Shown here: piece by piece, positions 1-8,884 of the stretch | How positions within the stretch are numbered: the stretch's first letter is position 1 | How the letters are laid out: every line of letters starts with the position of its first letter | Assembly: GCA_040751795.1 (NCBI GenBank) | Contig: JBFMHR010000001.1 | Location: 32,001 to 96,000, forward strand | Source of the DNA: Thermoplasmatota archaeon | GTDB taxonomy: Archaea > Thermoplasmatota > Thermoplasmata > UBA10834 | Length of the DNA: 64,000 nt | Direction of reading: 5' to 3' | The notes under the pieces: model-generated | Told to the model about the DNA's origin: nothing | Database searches by the model: none | Seen by the model: the letters and a program-made list of their open reading frames with translations, nothing else | Translations under genes and position numbers: made by a program

Positions 1-435
1 AAGCGCCTCGACGCGGCCAGGGGCCCGAAGGTGGTGCTCGCCACCGACGGGACCGAGATAGAGCCCGGCAAGGCGTACCTCGCGCCCGGGGGATACCACC
101 TGAAGCTCGACCGGAAGGCCAAGGGGAAGGTGGTCGCAAGGCTCGACGACAGCCCCCCGGTGCAGTTCGTCAAGCCCTCCGCCAACGTCCTGTTCGAGAG
201 CGCGGCCGACTGCTACGGCGGGAAGCTCCTCGGGATAGTCCTCACGGGCATGGGCTCCGACGGCGCGCAGGGGGCCAAGGCGATCAAGAGGTCCGGCGGG
301 AGGGTCATCGCCCAGGACGAGGCGACCTCCGTGATATTCGGCATGGCCAAGGCGGTCATCGACGCCAAGACGGCCGACGCCGTGGTGCCCCTGGACAGGA
401 TACCACAGAGCATAATCGACTTCGTGGAGGGGTGA
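1..435 (+). CDS. cheB: Chemotaxis methylesterase CheB, C-terminal part (truncated by window edge)
   Basis: YLAPGGYHL, KPSANVLFES, LTGMGSDGA and QDEATSVIFGM motifs; directly upstream of cheA. Confidence 0.95.
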   Translation, partial: KRLDAARGPKVVLATDGTEIEPGKAYLAPGGYHLKLDRKAKGKVVARLDDSPPVQFVKPSANVLFESAADCYGGKLLGIVLTGMGSDGAQGAKAIKRSGGRVIAQDEATSVIFGMAKAVIDAKTADAVVPLDRIPQSIIDFVEG

Positions 436-436
436 G

Positions 437-2362
437 ATGGCCAAGGAGTTCGACCTGAACAAGTACTCGAAGCTCTTCGTCACCGAGGCCAGCGAGCACC
501 TCCGCACCCTGAACGACTCCATGGTCGAGCTCGAGAAGAGGCCGGGCGACAAGGAGCTCGTGGACCAGATGTTCCGGGCCTGCCACACCATCAAGGGCAT
601 GGCGAGCATGATGAACCTCGCCGCCGTGACGGAGACGGCCCACGCCCTGGAGGACGTCCTCGGCGCCATAAGGGACGGCAGACAGTCGCCGACGCCCGAG
701 GTGTCCGAGGGGATCTTCGAGGGCCTCGACGCCCTCGAGGCGATGGTCGCGCAGGTCGAGACCACCCTTGACATCAGGGAGGTCCCGGGCCTCGTGGACA
801 GGATCCGCGGCCTCATCTCGGCGCCGAAGGCCCCCGCGAGGAAGAAGGCCAAAGCCGAGAAGCCCCCGCCCGCGAAGGCCGAGGAGCCTGCCGAGAGGAG
901 GGCCGTGGTCTCGGTGCGCCTTGCGCGGAGGTGCGTCCTGCCCGCCGCCAGGGCGCTCGTCATACTCAAGGAGCTGGAGAAGGGAGCGGACATCCTCGAG
1001 ACCACCCCCTCCGAGGAGGACATAGAGAGGGAGCGCCCGTTCGAGGAGCTCATGATAAGGCTCGAGCCCGGGAAGGGCTTCGAGGACGCCCTCTCCAGGG
1101 TCGGCAACATGACCGACGTCGAGGAGCTGAGGTGGGGAGCGGAGTCGGACCCGCAGGAGTCATGGTCCAGGTTCGCGAAGCAGGAGAAGCGCGCCGCCCA
1201 GGCCGACGCACCCGCGGTCCAGACGGTGAAGGTCGGCATGGACAAGCTCGACGACCTCCTGGACGACGTGGGCGAACTGGTGATAGGCAGGAGCAGGCTG
1301 ACGGACAAGGCCGGCTCGGCCGACGACTACGAGCTGCAGGAGATATCCTCCCTCATAGACAACCTCACCTCCGAGATACAGTCGAAGGTGCTGAGCATAC
1401 GCATGATCCCGCTCGACATGGTCATGAGCAGGTTCCCCAGGATGGTCAGGGACATATCCAAGGGCCAGGGGAAGGAGGTCGAGTTCGTCGTCGAGGGGGG
1501 CGGGATAGAGCTCGACAGGACCGTGGCGGACAGGATAGCCGACCCGGTCATGCATATCATAAGGAACTCGATAGACCACGGCATCGAGACCCTGGAGGAG
1601 CGCGGCGCCGCGGGGAAGAACCCCAAGGGGCTCATACGCGTCGTGGCGTCGAAGCAGCAGGACCACGTCCTCATAGAGGTCACGGACGACGGGCGCGGCA
1701 TAGACTTCGAGAGGATACGCCAGGTGGCCGCCTCCAGGGGCCACATGACGAGGGAGAGGGCGGAGGCCGCGTCCGGCAGGGAGCTCCTGGACCTCCTCTT
1801 CAAGGCGGGGTTCTCGACGAAGGACGTGGTCACGGAGACCTCCGGGAGGGGCGTGGGCCTCGACGTGGTCAAGAAGGCCGTGGAGGACCTCGGCGGCTCG
1901 GTCATGATCGCCACGTCCAAGGGGTCCGGCTCGACGATATCCCTGTGGCTCCCCTTCACCCTCGCCATCATTGACGCGATGATGACCTCCATCGCCGGCC
2001 AGATGTACGCCGTACCCATGAGCGTCGTGGTGGAGTCGCACAGGTTCGAGCCCTCGGAGGTGCGCTCGATAAGGAGCAGGGAGGTCGTCCAGCTCAGGGG
2101 AGAGGTGCTTCCGATGCTCAGGATGCGCAGGTTCTTCGGGGTCGAGGAGGCCCCCGACGGCGAGGGCATCAACACCCTGATAGTGCAGAGCCGCGAGCGG
2201 AGGGCGGCCATCGCCGTCGACGAGCTCGTCGGGCACCAGCAGATAGTGGTCAAGTCCTTCGACAGGCGCCTGAGGAAGGTCAGGGGCCTGTCCGGGGGGA
2301 CGATCCTGGGCAGCGGCAGCATAGCGCAGATACTGGACATCGATTCGATACTGGGAGAGTGA
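437..2362 (+). CDS. cheA: Chemotaxis histidine kinase CheA
   Basis: Hpt FRACHTIKG, IIRNSIDHGIE, DDGRGID, GFST...SGRGVGLDVV and C-terminal CheW-like domain. Confidence 0.97.
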   Translation: MAKEFDLNKYSKLFVTEASEHLRTLNDSMVELEKRPGDKELVDQMFRACHTIKGMASMMNLAAVTETAHALEDVLGAIRDGRQSPTPEVSEGIFEGLDALEAMVAQVETTLDIREVPGLVDRIRGLISAPKAPARKKAKAEKPPPAKAEEPAERRAVVSVRLARRCVLPAARALVILKELEKGADILETTPSEEDIERERPFEELMIRLEPGKGFEDALSRVGNMTDVEELRWGAESDPQESWSRFAKQEKRAAQADAPAVQTVKVGMDKLDDLLDDVGELVIGRSRLTDKAGSADDYELQEISSLIDNLTSEIQSKVLSIRMIPLDMVMSRFPRMVRDISKGQGKEVEFVVEGGGIELDRTVADRIADPVMHIIRNSIDHGIETLEERGAAGKNPKGLIRVVASKQQDHVLIEVTDDGRGIDFERIRQVAASRGHMTRERAEAASGRELLDLLFKAGFSTKDVVTETSGRGVGLDVVKKAVEDLGGSVMIATSKGSGSTISLWLPFTLAIIDAMMTSIAGQMYAVPMSVVVESHRFEPSEVRSIRSREVVQLRGEVLPMLRMRRFFGVEEAPDGEGINTLIVQSRERRAAIAVDELVGHQQIVVKSFDRRLRKVRGLSGGTILGSGSIAQILDIDSILGE

Positions 2363-2366
2363 GCGG

Positions 2367-2975
2367 GTGAAGATGAGAGACGAGAGCAAGGTCCTTGACA
2401 TAGTGGGCGAGTTCGCCAACATAGGCGCCGGGAACGCGGCGACCGCCCTCGCGTCCCTGCTGGACATGGAGGTGGTCAACGAGGTCACCTCGTGCACCCT
2501 GCTCCCCCTGTCCAAGGTCGCGAACTGGCTCGGCGGCCCCGACCAGGTCGTCGCGGGCGTCTACACGAGGCTGTGCGGCGACCTCAAAGGCGGGGTGCTC
2601 GTCGTCCTGTCCCGCGACTCGGCGACCAACCTGATCCGCCACCTCACCAAGGAAGCCCCGGACCTCGCGAGGCTCACGGAGATGCAGGGCTCGGCCCTGA
2701 GGGAGATCGGGAACATATGCCTCTGCTGGTACCTGGTCGCGGTCTCCAAGATGATAGACAGCGACCTCATCCCCGCGCCCCCCGACGCGACGGTCGACCT
2801 CCTCGGCGCGGTCCTCGACCTGCCCCTGGCTGACGCGGGAGTGAAGGTCGACAAGGTCATCGCGGTCCACACGGTCTTCAAGAGCTTCGAGAAGGCGTTC
2901 GACGGGTACTTCCTGCTCCTCCCAGAGGAGCAGATGCTCGACGTGATACTGGAGAAGATGGGAGACGGCAGATGA
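2367..2975 (+). CDS. cheC: Chemotaxis phosphatase CheC
   Basis: Two ExxNI motifs (GEFANIGAGNAATAL, ALREIGNI); che operon context. Confidence 0.92.
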   Translation: MKMRDESKVLDIVGEFANIGAGNAATALASLLDMEVVNEVTSCTLLPLSKVANWLGGPDQVVAGVYTRLCGDLKGGVLVVLSRDSATNLIRHLTKEAPDLARLTEMQGSALREIGNICLCWYLVAVSKMIDSDLIPAPPDATVDLLGAVLDLPLADAGVKVDKVIAVHTVFKSFEKAFDGYFLLLPEEQMLDVILEKMGDGR

Positions 2976-3448
2976 ACGAGCCCGTGCTCGTTGGCATTGC
3001 GCAGATAGTCGTCGCGAGGGCGCCGGAGCGGATATGCTGCATGGGCCTCGGCTCGTGCGTGGCCGTCTTCCTGTACGACCCCATGGGACGGATAGGCGGG
3101 GTCGTCCACGCCCTCCTCCCCAGGGCCCCGCGCGACGCGAAGGTGCGCGGGAAGTACGCCGACACCGCCGTGAAGGCCCTGCTCGAAGAGATGCTCTCGA
3201 AGGGCGCCAGGAGGGACCAGCTGAGGGCCAAGCTCGTCGGCGGGGCGCAGATGTTCCCCAACCTCAACATCAGGGTGGCGGACATAGGCAAAGAGAACGT
3301 CGAGGAGGCGAAGAAGGCCCTGAAGGGCCTTGGGATCAGGCTCGCGGCCGAGGACACCCACGGGACAAGGGGCCGTTCGGCCACGTTCGACCTCGAGAAC
3401 GGCAGGGTGTCCATAAGCACCGCTTTCTCTGACAGCCACTTCATATGA
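2972..3448 (+). CDS. cheD: Chemoreceptor glutamine deamidase CheD
   Basis: GLGSCVAVFLYD, HALLP, KYAD, AKLVGGAQMF motifs. Confidence 0.95.
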   Translation: MNEPVLVGIAQIVVARAPERICCMGLGSCVAVFLYDPMGRIGGVVHALLPRAPRDAKVRGKYADTAVKALLEEMLSKGARRDQLRAKLVGGAQMFPNLNIRVADIGKENVEEAKKALKGLGIRLAAEDTHGTRGRSATFDLENGRVSISTAFSDSHFI

Positions 3449-3493
3449 GCAGGTTCAGAAGGCTTTAGTAGGAGAAGAGTCCTAGTCGCTATC

Positions 3494-3815
3494 GCCAGGA
3501 GAAGGCGGATGGCCGACGGTAGGCCCGTTCTCAGAACGGGCCGGCTGAGGAAAGTCCCCTCTCCAAGAGAAGGTGGGCCGCCAGAGCGGCAGGGCGAGAG
3601 TCCTGGCAAGGGCACAGAAACGGCACAGCCTCGGGATAACGTGATGATTCCCCTGGGGATGAAGTCTCCCGAGGACATGGTGAAACGGCGACACCCCACC
3701 GGAGCAAGCTCAAACGGCCGAACGATCTCTCATCGACGGCGGGTAGAGTGCAATAGTCGGATGCCATCACCGTCGCAAGACGGGAACAGAAAGGGGCTTA
3801 TGTCCTTCACCTGGC
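3494..3815 (+). ncRNA. rnpB: Archaeal RNase P RNA (type A)
   Basis: P1 GCCAGGAGAAGG (3494-3505) pairs with CCTTCACCTGGC (3804-3815); conserved GAGGAAAGTCC (3547-3557), ACAGAAAC, TGAAACGG, GGAGCAAG and AACAGAAAGGGGCTTA; P3 GGCCCGTTC/GAACGGGCC; P8 and P9 hairpins present. Confidence 0.95.
3790..3815 (+). repeat. attL: 26-bp direct repeat AAAGGGGCTTATGTCCTTCACCTGGC (3' end of rnpB)
   Basis: Identical to 15070-15095. Confidence 0.95.
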
Positions 3816-3822
3816 TCTTATA

Positions 3823-3834
3823 CCTTTATAAAGG
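3823..3834. promoter_or_regulatory. Palindromic TATA-like element CCTTTATAAAGG just inside attL
   Basis: Perfect 12-bp palindrome containing TTTATAAA upstream of the first cargo gene. Confidence 0.4.
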
Positions 3835-3955
3835 GTATATGACAGAATGCACTTTCTGTCTCTCCCCGCATGGTCCTCCAGGGATTGCTCCGGCAATGGG
3901 AGGTCATACCCACCACAACAAAGTTTTACATGGCTTCTGAAGCATTTCCAAGTGG

Positions 3956-4588
3956 ATGCCGGGCAATCATGGAGAGATAAAGGCGGAGTTTCCGATATTC
4001 GCAGCCATGGATAAGGAAACCACCATGCTGAACCTATTCAGATTCGAAATGCGGAAGACTCGTCTGCAGTTCAAGAGAGTGAGCGATGACCTTGATGAAA
4101 GGAAAGCGACTTCAGGTTCAGCATTGACCAGAGAGGAAAATGCCAACAGTCAGGCGAAGCTCTTCGCTGACATTCACTTTCTACTAACATGTCTGAGTCG
4201 GCTCGGATCACTCTTCTACAGGATGAAAGGCTACTTTCCTGAGAACTCCAAACTGAGCGAAGTCGAGACTCGTGTCCGAAAGCGTCTTGATTTCTTCGGT
4301 GAAATCAGGAATGACTTGGAGCATGTGGAGGACAGGCCAGGCAAAGGAGTCAACATCCTTGGTAGCACCTTTGGCTCTGTCTTTCAATTCGATGACAAGC
4401 AGATAGATGTCGGCAGTCATCTCAGAGATGAGATCGAGACTTTCTTCACTGAAGTGGAATCGATATATGACCGAATATTAGTCGAGAGACGGAAATCGTT
4501 GGGACAGAAAACCGTACTGTATAGAACAGGCATAACAATACCCGGGAGCCCAGAAAATCCTCATTCATTCGATGAGACAAAGAATTAA
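3956..4588 (+). CDS. Putative HEPN-domain ribonuclease
   Basis: Helical-looking protein with R-x4-H motif (IRNDLEHV). Confidence 0.55.
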   Translation: MPGNHGEIKAEFPIFAAMDKETTMLNLFRFEMRKTRLQFKRVSDDLDERKATSGSALTREENANSQAKLFADIHFLLTCLSRLGSLFYRMKGYFPENSKLSEVETRVRKRLDFFGEIRNDLEHVEDRPGKGVNILGSTFGSVFQFDDKQIDVGSHLRDEIETFFTEVESIYDRILVERRKSLGQKTVLYRTGITIPGSPENPHSFDETKN

Positions 4589-4631
4589 GGCGTCATCGCC
4601 CCGATGGATGAGTAGCGTCTGATTTTCAGGC

Positions 4632-5384
4632 CTATCTGCTTCTGGAGATGATGCCTCTCTTCTCTAATTCATCCAGATACTCATCCATTCCAGGCAAGTG
4701 TCCCAACGCCTCTGCCCAATCAAGGACAGACTTCGAATTGAGCTCCAATATCATGTCCCCCGGTGTGAGGAATAGGACCCTTTCAGGATCTGTCATGAAT
4801 CCCAATTCGAGAAGGTCCGCTCTCACCTCATCTTCGTACACCCAATGGAGATCATCTTCGATTCTCCGTATCTTGCCGAGCTGTTGGCCTATCTCATGAA
4901 TATCGAGACCTGCATAGTATGGGCTGTTATCGTTCAGCATTCTCACAATGAGATCTCGCAGAGGCCCATTCTGGAAGACCCGTATCTTCTGATGCTTGGG
5001 AGAACGATATGCCCGTCTCATTGCATCTCTAAGCCATCTTACTGCCGAGTCAAATTCCTTCTTTCCTGCATTAGGCGACAGTAGCGGGCATGGAGCATCC
5101 GGTGTCGAGAATATCATCAGACAGAGGTTCATGGCTTCCTCCTTTGACATTCTTCTCAGAGGTTTGTGATGATTGGGGCCTCGTACCTTCTCATAAGTGA
5201 TATGTGGTGCGAATCCTTCGTCATCACTGACAATACTCAAGTGGATGCCAATCGTGCCATCCGTTGATTCATCTCCCAGGGCCTTTACGAACGACTCCAC
5301 ATCGCTACACCACCGGAAAAGTATCCTGAATCGGATCAAGCCGTTGTCCTGAATCAGCACCTTGCGGAGTCGCTTCTTGGACAC
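4632..5384 (-). CDS. Hypothetical protein (250 aa)
   Basis: Long ORF in the low-GC island; no recognised motif. Confidence 0.7.
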   Translation of the reverse strand: MSKKRLRKVLIQDNGLIRFRILFRWCSDVESFVKALGDESTDGTIGIHLSIVSDDEGFAPHITYEKVRGPNHHKPLRRMSKEEAMNLCLMIFSTPDAPCPLLSPNAGKKEFDSAVRWLRDAMRRAYRSPKHQKIRVFQNGPLRDLIVRMLNDNSPYYAGLDIHEIGQQLGKIRRIEDDLHWVYEDEVRADLLELGFMTDPERVLFLTPGDMILELNSKSVLDWAEALGHLPGMDEYLDELEKRGIISRSR

Positions 5385-5492
5385 CGAATCTCATCTCCGA
5401 ATCATGGCATTATACCTCGGCCCATGGTTTCACTCTTCCCTCATGGCAAGCATGTGAATCCGAAACGAAACCTCAGTGACAATGGGAGCCAT

Positions 5493-5651
5493 TCAGACAT
5501 GCCGCTTCTTCTCTTTGGAATCTGGAGCGTCTTTCTCAGAGGCGCCAAGTTGTACGGTAGTTGTCCCCACCTGCACTCCAGCTTTATCCCAGTCCCCAAG
5601 GTCCGGCTTATCCCGTCTTCTGCTCTTGTCTTCTCGCTTCTTCTCTGTCAT
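5493..5651 (-). CDS. Small charged peptide 2 (52 aa, DWD...VGT motif)
   Basis: MTEKKREDKSRRRDKPDLGDWDKAGVQVGTTTVQLG...; purine-rich RBS-like GAAGGGAG upstream. Confidence 0.5.
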   Translation of the reverse strand: MTEKKREDKSRRRDKPDLGDWDKAGVQVGTTTVQLGASEKDAPDSKEKKRHV

Positions 5652-5690
5652 GCGAGCACAACTCCCTTCAGTCACCATCCGAGTTCAGAC

Positions 5691-5822
5691 TCATTTGTCT
5701 GTCTTCTCCTTCTTGTGCTCCTTCTTGATGCTCTCAAGCGTGATTGTCCCCACATCCTTGCTGTCCCAATCTCTCATGTCTCGTTTCTGGCCTCTCCTCT
5801 TATTCTGATCCTCCTCACCCAT
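5691..5822 (-). CDS. Small charged peptide 1 (43 aa, DWD...VGT motif; below ORF-track cutoff)
   Basis: Hand translation MGEEDQNKRRGQKRDMRDWDSKDVGTITLESIKKEHKKEKTDK*; starts 4 nt after the upstream stop. Confidence 0.5.
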   Translation of the reverse strand: MGEEDQNKRRGQKRDMRDWDSKDVGTITLESIKKEHKKEKTDK

Positions 5823-5826
5823 TCAA

Positions 5827-7029
5827 TCATCCCCATATCCTGTCCAGATTCCATACCACAACTAGCACTAATCCAATGAGAAAGGCAATGAACATGCCCT
5901 TGGCAAACCAAGCCTTGAAGACATTCTGACGATGATTATGCAAGAAGGAGTCATAGAGTTTCCTCGATATGATCATCTCATAATCCCTTGGTTCCCCTTT
6001 GCGATAGATGTCAATAATCTCCCCTATGTCAGCTCCACCTTTGAACTCCCTCACGAAGAATGCAATTACACCGAGAAAGGCAGCGACAAGAAGTGAGATC
6101 ACCCCGAGAATTCCGAAGTGTCCAACATAGCTACCCGAATCTAGATCCGCAACAGGTTCTGTCAGGGATACGATAAGGCCGAGGGACACAAAAACAAATC
6201 CCAGCATGACGCCTGTCTTGGAATCCAGTGACTCACAGTTCCGACTCTCCTGGTCAAACTGCCTCTGTATTTCGCCTGTGATAATCGAAAAGTCGTTCTT
6301 GCTGGCAGCACTGTTAGACTCGTCCATACCCTTGACCTCCTGATGTGATGAGCCGCAATCAGCAATGGGCATCTGCTCAACGGAACCCTCCTCCCGATTT
6401 CTAGGAGAATCTAGACCCAATGTACTGACAAGAGAGCTCTTGAATTTCCCAGATAGATTCATTTGGCGCCAGAAAAGGAAGTAGTACACCGCTAGAGTTG
6501 TGATTGCCGCAATCACTATGATTACTCCCCTTACACTCGCATCAACATCTATGGATCCGATTGCGATACCGAGCACAATCACCCACATGAAGTAGAATCC
6601 GGAGATGAGAATGTGAAGCACTATGCTGCTGGGAATTCCTTTGACTTGAGGACGAAAAGCTGAGTCCCCTTCCTGCCAGACTGCACACTCCTCCCGCATA
6701 GTGACCGCTCTCTGAAGCCACAGTGCTCTGTGAATCCACTCTATCTCATATCTCTGTGCTCTAAGGATTATCAAGAACCAGGCAGTTGAGATGAACATGC
6801 CTAGAACAGATAGCGCCATGATTATCATTGCCCACTCGGGGTGGTTTAGTGCACTCACGGCTGCCACGATCAAGACACCATTTGTAGCTGAATGGAGTGC
6901 ATTCGTGGACCAAGTCGTTGAGTCTTGACCTCTCTCCATAGCGTTCAATTGAGATAGTTGGTCCATCCCAAATCTGCCTGTGCCACTAGTCTTATCATGT
7001 ATCTTCTCCACAGCAGGAGCCCCTGGCAT
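5827..7029 (-). CDS. Multi-pass membrane protein, apparently two joined TM modules
   Basis: Several hydrophobic helices; start at 7029 with GGAGGAGG SD; internal GGAGGT SD plus ATG at 6327 (MDESN...). Confidence 0.75.
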   Translation of the reverse strand: MPGAPAVEKIHDKTSGTGRFGMDQLSQLNAMERGQDSTTWSTNALHSATNGVLIVAAVSALNHPEWAMIIMALSVLGMFISTAWFLIILRAQRYEIEWIHRALWLQRAVTMREECAVWQEGDSAFRPQVKGIPSSIVLHILISGFYFMWVIVLGIAIGSIDVDASVRGVIIVIAAITTLAVYYFLFWRQMNLSGKFKSSLVSTLGLDSPRNREEGSVEQMPIADCGSSHQEVKGMDESNSAASKNDFSIITGEIQRQFDQESRNCESLDSKTGVMLGFVFVSLGLIVSLTEPVADLDSGSYVGHFGILGVISLLVAAFLGVIAFFVREFKGGADIGEIIDIYRKGEPRDYEMIISRKLYDSFLHNHRQNVFKAWFAKGMFIAFLIGLVLVVVWNLDRIWG

Positions 7030-7033
7030 CAGG

Positions 7034-7783
7034 TCAGCCTCCTCCGGCAAATCTAACGCTAAATGCTTCACAGATCGCCTTCACGAATGAATGATAGTGC
7101 AACGGGCTCCCCAGCTGGGGGGCTGGTGGCTCACTCACCAGCTTAGCCGAATGTCCCTTCACATTGTCGTAGTCAACGACAATGACTCCGACTGCGTCGA
7201 TCTCATTAGGTTTGCTAGGCGATGGGCCAGTCTTCGAGGCTCTAGGCAAATCCTCAAACAGCTTCACTGTCTCTGTGACTAGTCGTTCAATGTTTGCATG
7301 CATTGTTGTCTCTCCAGCTCTAAGAGGCGACATGAAGCTTGCAGACATGTTCACGACAACGAGCCCACCAACAATCGTCCGTGGATTTGACATGTGGAGG
7401 ATACTTGAGAAGGAATTCAGGTCCCTCTGTCTATTCCTTCTCGCTTTTCCGTGTTCCGTCATGATTGTCTTCGCATCTACTGCCACCCACAACTCATCGG
7501 GAGGAGCACAGATTGACTCCCCCTCGCCGCCAGGCACCCTTTGCGCATCTCGGGAAGTGGGTCCGATGGCAAGGTCAATGTTCCAGCCTAATGGCACCCC
7601 CAACCCAGGCGGTTGGTTCTGGTTATAGCAGATTCTCCCCTTTGCAGCCATTTCTGCAAAAGCAGGGCATGAAGCCATCATATCCTCCAAGAGGAGCTCG
7701 CAGAGTCGGTCGCCATGCTTCGATGATCTTGGGTGATAACCGTTTGACTCCAGATACCGCACGAATTCTCTGTCCGCCTTCAA
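7034..7783 (-). CDS. Putative type II restriction endonuclease (PD-(D/E)xK)
   Basis: NIDLAIG...VAVDAK motif; directly downstream of a DNA methyltransferase. Confidence 0.6.
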   Translation of the reverse strand: MKADREFVRYLESNGYHPRSSKHGDRLCELLLEDMMASCPAFAEMAAKGRICYNQNQPPGLGVPLGWNIDLAIGPTSRDAQRVPGGEGESICAPPDELWVAVDAKTIMTEHGKARRNRQRDLNSFSSILHMSNPRTIVGGLVVVNMSASFMSPLRAGETTMHANIERLVTETVKLFEDLPRASKTGPSPSKPNEIDAVGVIVVDYDNVKGHSAKLVSEPPAPQLGSPLHYHSFVKAICEAFSVRFAGGG

Positions 7784-7847
7784 CTCCAGACCACTCTGCG
7801 GATGTAAGGCCTAGGTAGTATGTTAATTTTCGGCAGAGAAGGATGTC

Positions 7848-8816
7848 CTATTTCTTGGTGATGGATAGCCTGCGGTTCATCTGCAGGGTGCCTATTTCAT
7901 TCCTGATGCGCTTCTCGGCCAGTCGAAGATAGTCGCTGTCAATCTCGAAGCCTACGCTATTCCTGCCAGTCTTCATTGCCGCGAGATTGGTTGTCCCTGT
8001 CCCCGTGAACGGATCGAGGACGGTGTCTCCCGCGAAACTGAACATGCGTATGAGCCTCAGAGGTATCTCAAGAGGAAACGGAGCCGGGTGTTTTGCAGTG
8101 CTCTCCCCCGGAACATCCGCCCATATCTGCTGGAACCAAACTCTATGTTTGTCAGCAGGGACTATGCTCAGCAATCGAGTCTTGGTATCAGGCTTGCGAT
8201 ACGATCCCGGCTTCCTCTCCATAAGTATGAATTCAACATCATTCTTCACCACACCCCCGGGCTCGTAGGGCTTACCGAGGAAGCCTGCCCCATTCCCTTC
8301 AGCCTCGAAGGCTGCATTCGCAATCTTGTACCAGAATATCGGAGCTAGATTGTCAAAACCTAGCTTCCTGCAGTGGCCTTGAATGTCGGCATGCAGTGGG
8401 AAAACTTGGTGTCGCCCATGCTTCCTGCGGCTCAGGCAGACGTCGCCGACGACAATAATCAACCTCCCGCCTTCCACGAGGACTCTGTGGCATTCTGCCC
8501 ACACCTTGTCGAGTTCCTTCAAGAAGTCCTCGTAATCGGTAACATAGCCAAGTTGTCCCTCGGTTATGTTGTACTTCTTCAGAGTCCAGTATGGGGGGGA
8601 GGTTACTACTAGGTGTACAGACTCATCCTCTACGCCTTTCAGATTCCTAGCATCGCCTTGAATAAGCCTATGTTCGGTCGGCAGACTAGCTATCTCCTCT
8701 TCAACGGCGGACAGGAAGGCAGAATCCTTACTCGCCTTAGGTATGAACATATCTGCCTGCCTGGGAGTCATGCTAGATGGCAGATTGAAAGACTTGGACA
8801 GTTCGTCCACAGACAT
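7848..8816 (-). CDS. Beta-class N4-C/N6-A DNA methyltransferase (start uncertain, ORF open to 8912)
   Basis: VTSPPYW (motif IV) precedes HPAPFP and DPFTGTGTT (motif I). Confidence 0.92.
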   Translation of the reverse strand: MSVDELSKSFNLPSSMTPRQADMFIPKASKDSAFLSAVEEEIASLPTEHRLIQGDARNLKGVEDESVHLVVTSPPYWTLKKYNITEGQLGYVTDYEDFLKELDKVWAECHRVLVEGGRLIIVVGDVCLSRRKHGRHQVFPLHADIQGHCRKLGFDNLAPIFWYKIANAAFEAEGNGAGFLGKPYEPGGVVKNDVEFILMERKPGSYRKPDTKTRLLSIVPADKHRVWFQQIWADVPGESTAKHPAPFPLEIPLRLIRMFSFAGDTVLDPFTGTGTTNLAAMKTGRNSVGFEIDSDYLRLAEKRIRNEIGTLQMNRRLSITKK

Positions 8817-8884
8817 TTCGATGGACCAATTGCCAGAGCACGTACTTGAACTGTTCGCAGAGGTCTCCGGAAATGCTCCTTTGC

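Noticed and set aside
3509-3940. 143-aa ORF after cheD
   Set aside because: It overlaps the RNase P RNA gene and att site; not protein-like.
5420-5490. GAAACGAAAC as a hammerhead ribozyme core
   Set aside because: No CUGANGA core on the same strand.
7784-7847. CCTAGG/AGGCCT palindromes upstream of the REase as its recognition site
   Set aside because: Six-mers occur by chance; specificity cannot be inferred without REBASE or methylome data.
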